Source: Spirochaetia bacterium (lineage in GTDB: Bacteria > Spirochaetota > Leptospiria > Turneriellales > JAOUOS01). Taken from it: a stretch of DNA of 64,000 nucleotides. Under the pieces are notes generated by a model, which searched no databases, was not told where the DNA came from, and saw only the letters and a list, made by a program, of their open reading frames with translations. The translations under genes and the position numbers were made by a program. The stretch is taken from assembly GCA_029880285.1 (NCBI GenBank), contig JAOUOS010000009.1:871-64870 (forward strand), in the 5' to 3' direction. This document shows positions 58,560 through 64,000 of the stretch, piece by piece (within the stretch, counting starts at the first letter, position 1; each line of letters opens with the position of its first letter).

Positions 58560-59486
58560 ATGGGAATATTAGTAGCAGGTACTGTCGCCTTAGATGACGT
58601 AAAAACTCCATTTGGCAAACGAGAAAAAATATTAGGCGGTTCTGCCAGTCATTTTTCAATGGCAGCTTCGTTTTTAGCGCCAGTGCAAATAGTAAGCGTT
58701 ATTGGCAATGATTTTCCCAAAGCTCATTTAGATTATTTAGCCGCAAAAAAAATAGATACATCAGGCATAGAAGTTTCAGAAGAAAAAACTTTTCACTGGA
58801 AAGGACATTATGAATATGATATGAATGTCGCCCATACTGATGAAACTATATTAGGTGTTTTAACAAAATTTAATCCGAACTTAAAAGAGGCCCAGAAAAA
58901 TTTTCCGTTTTTATTCTTAGCGAACATTGATCCTGAAATTCAAATGAAAGTTGTAAATCAAATGACCAACTTGTCGTTTGTAGGCTTAGACTCTATGAAT
59001 TTTTGGATAGAATCTAAGCAAAAATCATTATGGGACGTGTTAAAAAAAGCCGATGCTTTATTTCTTAATGATGCAGAAATAAGAGAACTCGCACAAGAAG
59101 CTTCTTTAATAAAGGCCGCTAAAATTGTTCAAAAAAACGGACCTAAAATTGTTCTTGTAAAAAAAGGAGAACATGGCGTATTAACTGTTACCAAAGATTT
59201 TGTTTTTGTGGCAGCCGCCTATCCCACTGAAGAAGTAAAAGATCCCACAGGAGCCGGTGATAGTTTCGCGGGCGGATTTACATCGTACCTATATTCACAA
59301 TATCTACAAAATAAAGACAATATTTATTCAATGCCGGTTATTAAGAAAGCCGTTATCTGGGGCGCGGCCGCGGCCAGCTTCTGTGTTGAAGAATTTACTA
59401 CCGAAGGTCTAGAGAAAACAAGTATTGAACAAATAAAAGAAAGATGTCACGATATTCATGAATTTACATCCTTTGAAAAACATTAA
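58560..59486 (+). CDS. PfkB-family carbohydrate/nucleoside kinase
   Basis: LGGSA, KKGEHG, DPTGAGDSFAGGF. Confidence 0.93.
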   Translation: MGILVAGTVALDDVKTPFGKREKILGGSASHFSMAASFLAPVQIVSVIGNDFPKAHLDYLAAKKIDTSGIEVSEEKTFHWKGHYEYDMNVAHTDETILGVLTKFNPNLKEAQKNFPFLFLANIDPEIQMKVVNQMTNLSFVGLDSMNFWIESKQKSLWDVLKKADALFLNDAEIRELAQEASLIKAAKIVQKNGPKIVLVKKGEHGVLTVTKDFVFVAAAYPTEEVKDPTGAGDSFAGGFTSYLYSQYLQNKDNIYSMPVIKKAVIWGAAAASFCVEEFTTEGLEKTSIEQIKERCHDIHEFTSFEKH

Positions 59487-59507
59487 AACACGGCTTATAT
59501 TCGTGAA

Positions 59508-59981
59508 ATGATAAAAAAAATTAATAAATACGATATTGATTTTTTTGTTAATAATTTAAAAACAAACATACCTGAAAGTAAAGTTAATCAAGTAAAACTT
59601 GATACTGCAATAATCAACATAAAAAAAAACTGGCCTGAACTTATAGGCTATACTCTTGCCTCTCATAGTATGCCAGTATCATTAAAAGGCAACTGCCTTT
59701 TTGTCACGGCAGATCATGCCATCTTTGCCCAGCAGATATCTCTTTTGCAAAAAGAAATCTGCGAAAAAATATCAAAAGGACTGCTTTGCCCCGTAAATTC
59801 TATTAAAACAAAAACCGGCCAAATAAACTGGGAAGACCTAAAAATTTTTACGGAAAAATCAAATATAAAAATGAAAGACATTATGTCTCTAACTAACAAT
59901 ATGGCCCCTGAAAGAGAACAACAGAATGAAAATTCTAATGTTTTAGAGAACTTAATACAAAAATTAAAGAAAATCACATAA
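59508..59981 (+). CDS. dciA: DciA (DUF721) helicase-loader family protein
   Basis: W.ELIG..LASHSMP..LKG..L.V....AQQI, immediately upstream of gyrB. Confidence 0.75.
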   Translation: MIKKINKYDIDFFVNNLKTNIPESKVNQVKLDTAIINIKKNWPELIGYTLASHSMPVSLKGNCLFVTADHAIFAQQISLLQKEICEKISKGLLCPVNSIKTKTGQINWEDLKIFTEKSNIKMKDIMSLTNNMAPEREQQNENSNVLENLIQKLKKIT

Positions 59982-61943
<1,962 letters not shown>

Positions 61944-61992
61944 ATAATAAAAAATTTTCTTTTACCCTTATTTGCTAATATAATATAGGAAC

Positions 61993-63714
61993 ATGCCTTT
62001 AGATAGTAATAAATATTTTAAATCATATATTAACGCGCCTTTATCTGAAAGCGATAAAAAAGAAATTTTACTCAACAAAGAAACCTTAATTAACAAAGGC
62101 GCTTTTGAAGAAGAACCTGTTTTTGGCACAGGAGGGATGAGGGCCGTTGTGGGCCATGGCACAAGCAGGTTGAATATATTTAATATCACCCGGCTAAATG
62201 CCGCCTTAGCAAAAAATCTGGTAAAAAATTTTACAAATGAAATTAAAATTGTAATTGCTTATGACTCAAGAAATTCTTCCCGTACATTTGCTCAAATAAC
62301 ATACCATTTTTTAACGAGCAGAGGTTTTAAAGTAAATGTATTTAAAAGGCCCTCGCCTACCCCTTTATTATCGTTTGCCGTGCGCCATTTAAACGCTCAA
62401 TGCGGTATTGTAATTACGGCATCACATAACCCTCCCGAGTACAATGGCTATAAAGTTTACTGGTCAGACGGCGGGCAAATTGTTTCTCCGCTTGATAAAA
62501 ACATTCAAAAATCTTTTATTGAAACAAATTATAAAGACATACCGCCTGAAGTTTATAAATGGCAAAACGAAAAAATACTAAACGATGACCTTATTGAAGA
62601 AAATATTTTTCAAAATTATATGCATAAAATAAAAAAAGAACCCTTTATAAATACCAAAGAAAAAAAAATTAAAATACTATACAGCCCTCTTCATGGCACC
62701 GGTGGATGGATTTTTGAAAAAGCGTTTAAAGAATGCGGCTTTATTAACTTTGATATTTTAAATAGCCAAAAAGAACCTGATGGTAATTTTCCCGAAGTAA
62801 AAAGTCCGAATCCTGAAGAAGAATTATCATTTGAAAAGCTCTTTATACAAGGTAAAAAAAATAATTATGACCTTCTTTTAGCTACCGATCCCGATGCTGA
62901 TAGAATAGGATGCGCTTATAAAGAAAAAAACAATTACATCTTCTTAAACGGCAACCAAATTGGATGCATACTGCTTGAATATATGATTCAAAAAAAGAAA
63001 AATTTGCTTAAAAATCCCTATATTTGTAAAACGATTGTAACAACAAATCTTCAAAATAAAATAGCTGAAAGCGCTAATATTCAAATTAAAGAATCTTTAA
63101 CAGGTTTTAAATATATAGCCGAGGCTATAAAAGAAGATCCTGAAAACTATCTTTTTGGCAGCGAAGAGTCTTTTGGATACCTTCCCATAAACTGGGTTAG
63201 AGATAAAGATTCTTTATCCTCCGCTTTAGCCTTAGCTTCAATTGCAGAAGAAAAGTCTCTAATAAACTTATTGTATGAAATCTATCAAAAATATGGTTTA
63301 TATTTTGAAATTTTGCATAATATCAAATTTTCACCTGAAGAATCAAGTAAAATGAAAGCATTTCTTGAAAAATTAGAAAACCCCGCTTCTTTTATAAGTA
63401 ATCTGAATATTTCAAGAAAAATTATTGATATTTTAGATCTTAGAGCAAATACAAAACAGCCAGCAACCGAAGAAGCCATAAAACTAAAAAAAAGTTTGCC
63501 TGAATCTTTTGTAATTCAATATTTTCTAATGCCTGAAGGCAGGCTGACTATTCGTCCCTCAGGCACAGAACCTAAAGTAAAAATTTATATAAGCCTTTCT
63601 GAAAAAACAAAAGAATCAAAAAGTTCCATAGAAGAAAAAAAGAAAAAATTAGAAGAAGAAGCTAAAAACATATTGACAGAGTTTCTAAAATGTTTGAATA
63701 TACAAAAGGAGTAA
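61993..63714 (+). CDS. Phosphoglucomutase/phosphomannomutase
   Basis: FGTGGMR, ITASHNP, TDPDADR, EESFG, IRPSGTEPK. Confidence 0.95.
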   Translation: MPLDSNKYFKSYINAPLSESDKKEILLNKETLINKGAFEEEPVFGTGGMRAVVGHGTSRLNIFNITRLNAALAKNLVKNFTNEIKIVIAYDSRNSSRTFAQITYHFLTSRGFKVNVFKRPSPTPLLSFAVRHLNAQCGIVITASHNPPEYNGYKVYWSDGGQIVSPLDKNIQKSFIETNYKDIPPEVYKWQNEKILNDDLIEENIFQNYMHKIKKEPFINTKEKKIKILYSPLHGTGGWIFEKAFKECGFINFDILNSQKEPDGNFPEVKSPNPEEELSFEKLFIQGKKNNYDLLLATDPDADRIGCAYKEKNNYIFLNGNQIGCILLEYMIQKKKNLLKNPYICKTIVTTNLQNKIAESANIQIKESLTGFKYIAEAIKEDPENYLFGSEESFGYLPINWVRDKDSLSSALALASIAEEKSLINLLYEIYQKYGLYFEILHNIKFSPEESSKMKAFLEKLENPASFISNLNISRKIIDILDLRANTKQPATEEAIKLKKSLPESFVIQYFLMPEGRLTIRPSGTEPKVKIYISLSEKTKESKSSIEEKKKKLEEEAKNILTEFLKCLNIQKE

Positions 63715-63717
63715 AAT

Positions 63718-64000
63718 ATGTTAAAACCCCTCACTACTGAAGAACTAAAAATTCTTAATTTATTAGAAGATAATTCTAACATTACTGATACAGAACTGGC
63801 AAAAAAAATTAATCTATCAGAAGAAGATATAAAGAAAATTAAAAAAAACCTGGAAGATGAAGAAATTATATTGAAATATAAAGCTATTGTAAACTGGGAA
63901 AAAATTGAAAGTCCCGAAGTAATCGCTTTAATACAAGTAAACGTTACACCCATGCAGGGTTCAGGCTATGATGAAGTAGCCATACAAATATCTGAATTAG
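63718..64000 (+). CDS. Lrp/AsnC-family transcriptional regulator (partial, runs off the window)
   Basis: Manual translation MLKPLTTEELKILNLLEDNSNITDTELAKKINLSEE...IILKYKAIVNWEK...ALIQVNVTPMQGSGYDEVA, SD AAGGAG. Confidence 0.88.
   Translation, partial: MLKPLTTEELKILNLLEDNSNITDTELAKKINLSEEDIKKIKKNLEDEEIILKYKAIVNWEKIESPEVIALIQVNVTPMQGSGYDEVAIQISEL

Noticed and set aside
63585-63953. 122-aa minus-strand ORF at the window end
   Set aside because: Antisense to pgm and to the real Lrp/AsnC gene starting at 63718 on the plus strand

Overview
AT-rich bacterial chromosome segment, most likely a Leptospirales-like spirochaete (inferred from a LipL21-like lipoprotein, a Leptospira-type tandem ribbon-helix-helix protein and a Leptospira-type REC-HATPase protein). 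About 22-64 kb is mostly housekeeping: pepP, aroQ/aroB, tRNA-Phe, pth, pcrA/uvrD, ftsQAZ, comEC, ccmAB, ilvBN, rplS, rnhB, mgtE, trpC, thiG, miaA, gmk, dciA, gyrB and pgm. The unusual content is in the first 22 kb. (1) A GC-rich structured leader upstream of speD has two alternative anti-SD segments and is a candidate polyamine/SAM-responsive RNA switch. (2) There is a heme d1 biosynthesis trio (nirJ, nirF, fused nirDL). (3) An MMPL/LolA-like/outer-membrane-protein operon is interrupted by a tandem-RHH gene bracketed by an 18-bp palindrome that occurs three times. (4) A ~9.5 kb island holds three tandem, separately terminated, mosaic lipoprotein genes built from Myxococcus-type cysteine-rich repeats, Tyr-rich Ig-like modules and exchangeable C-terminal domains. 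These genes have duplicated promoters, uORF/hairpin leaders and nested REP-like elements, with gene remnants at both island edges. No CRISPR array, reverse transcriptase, integrase or transposase is visible. All calls come from reading the sequence; no searches were run.
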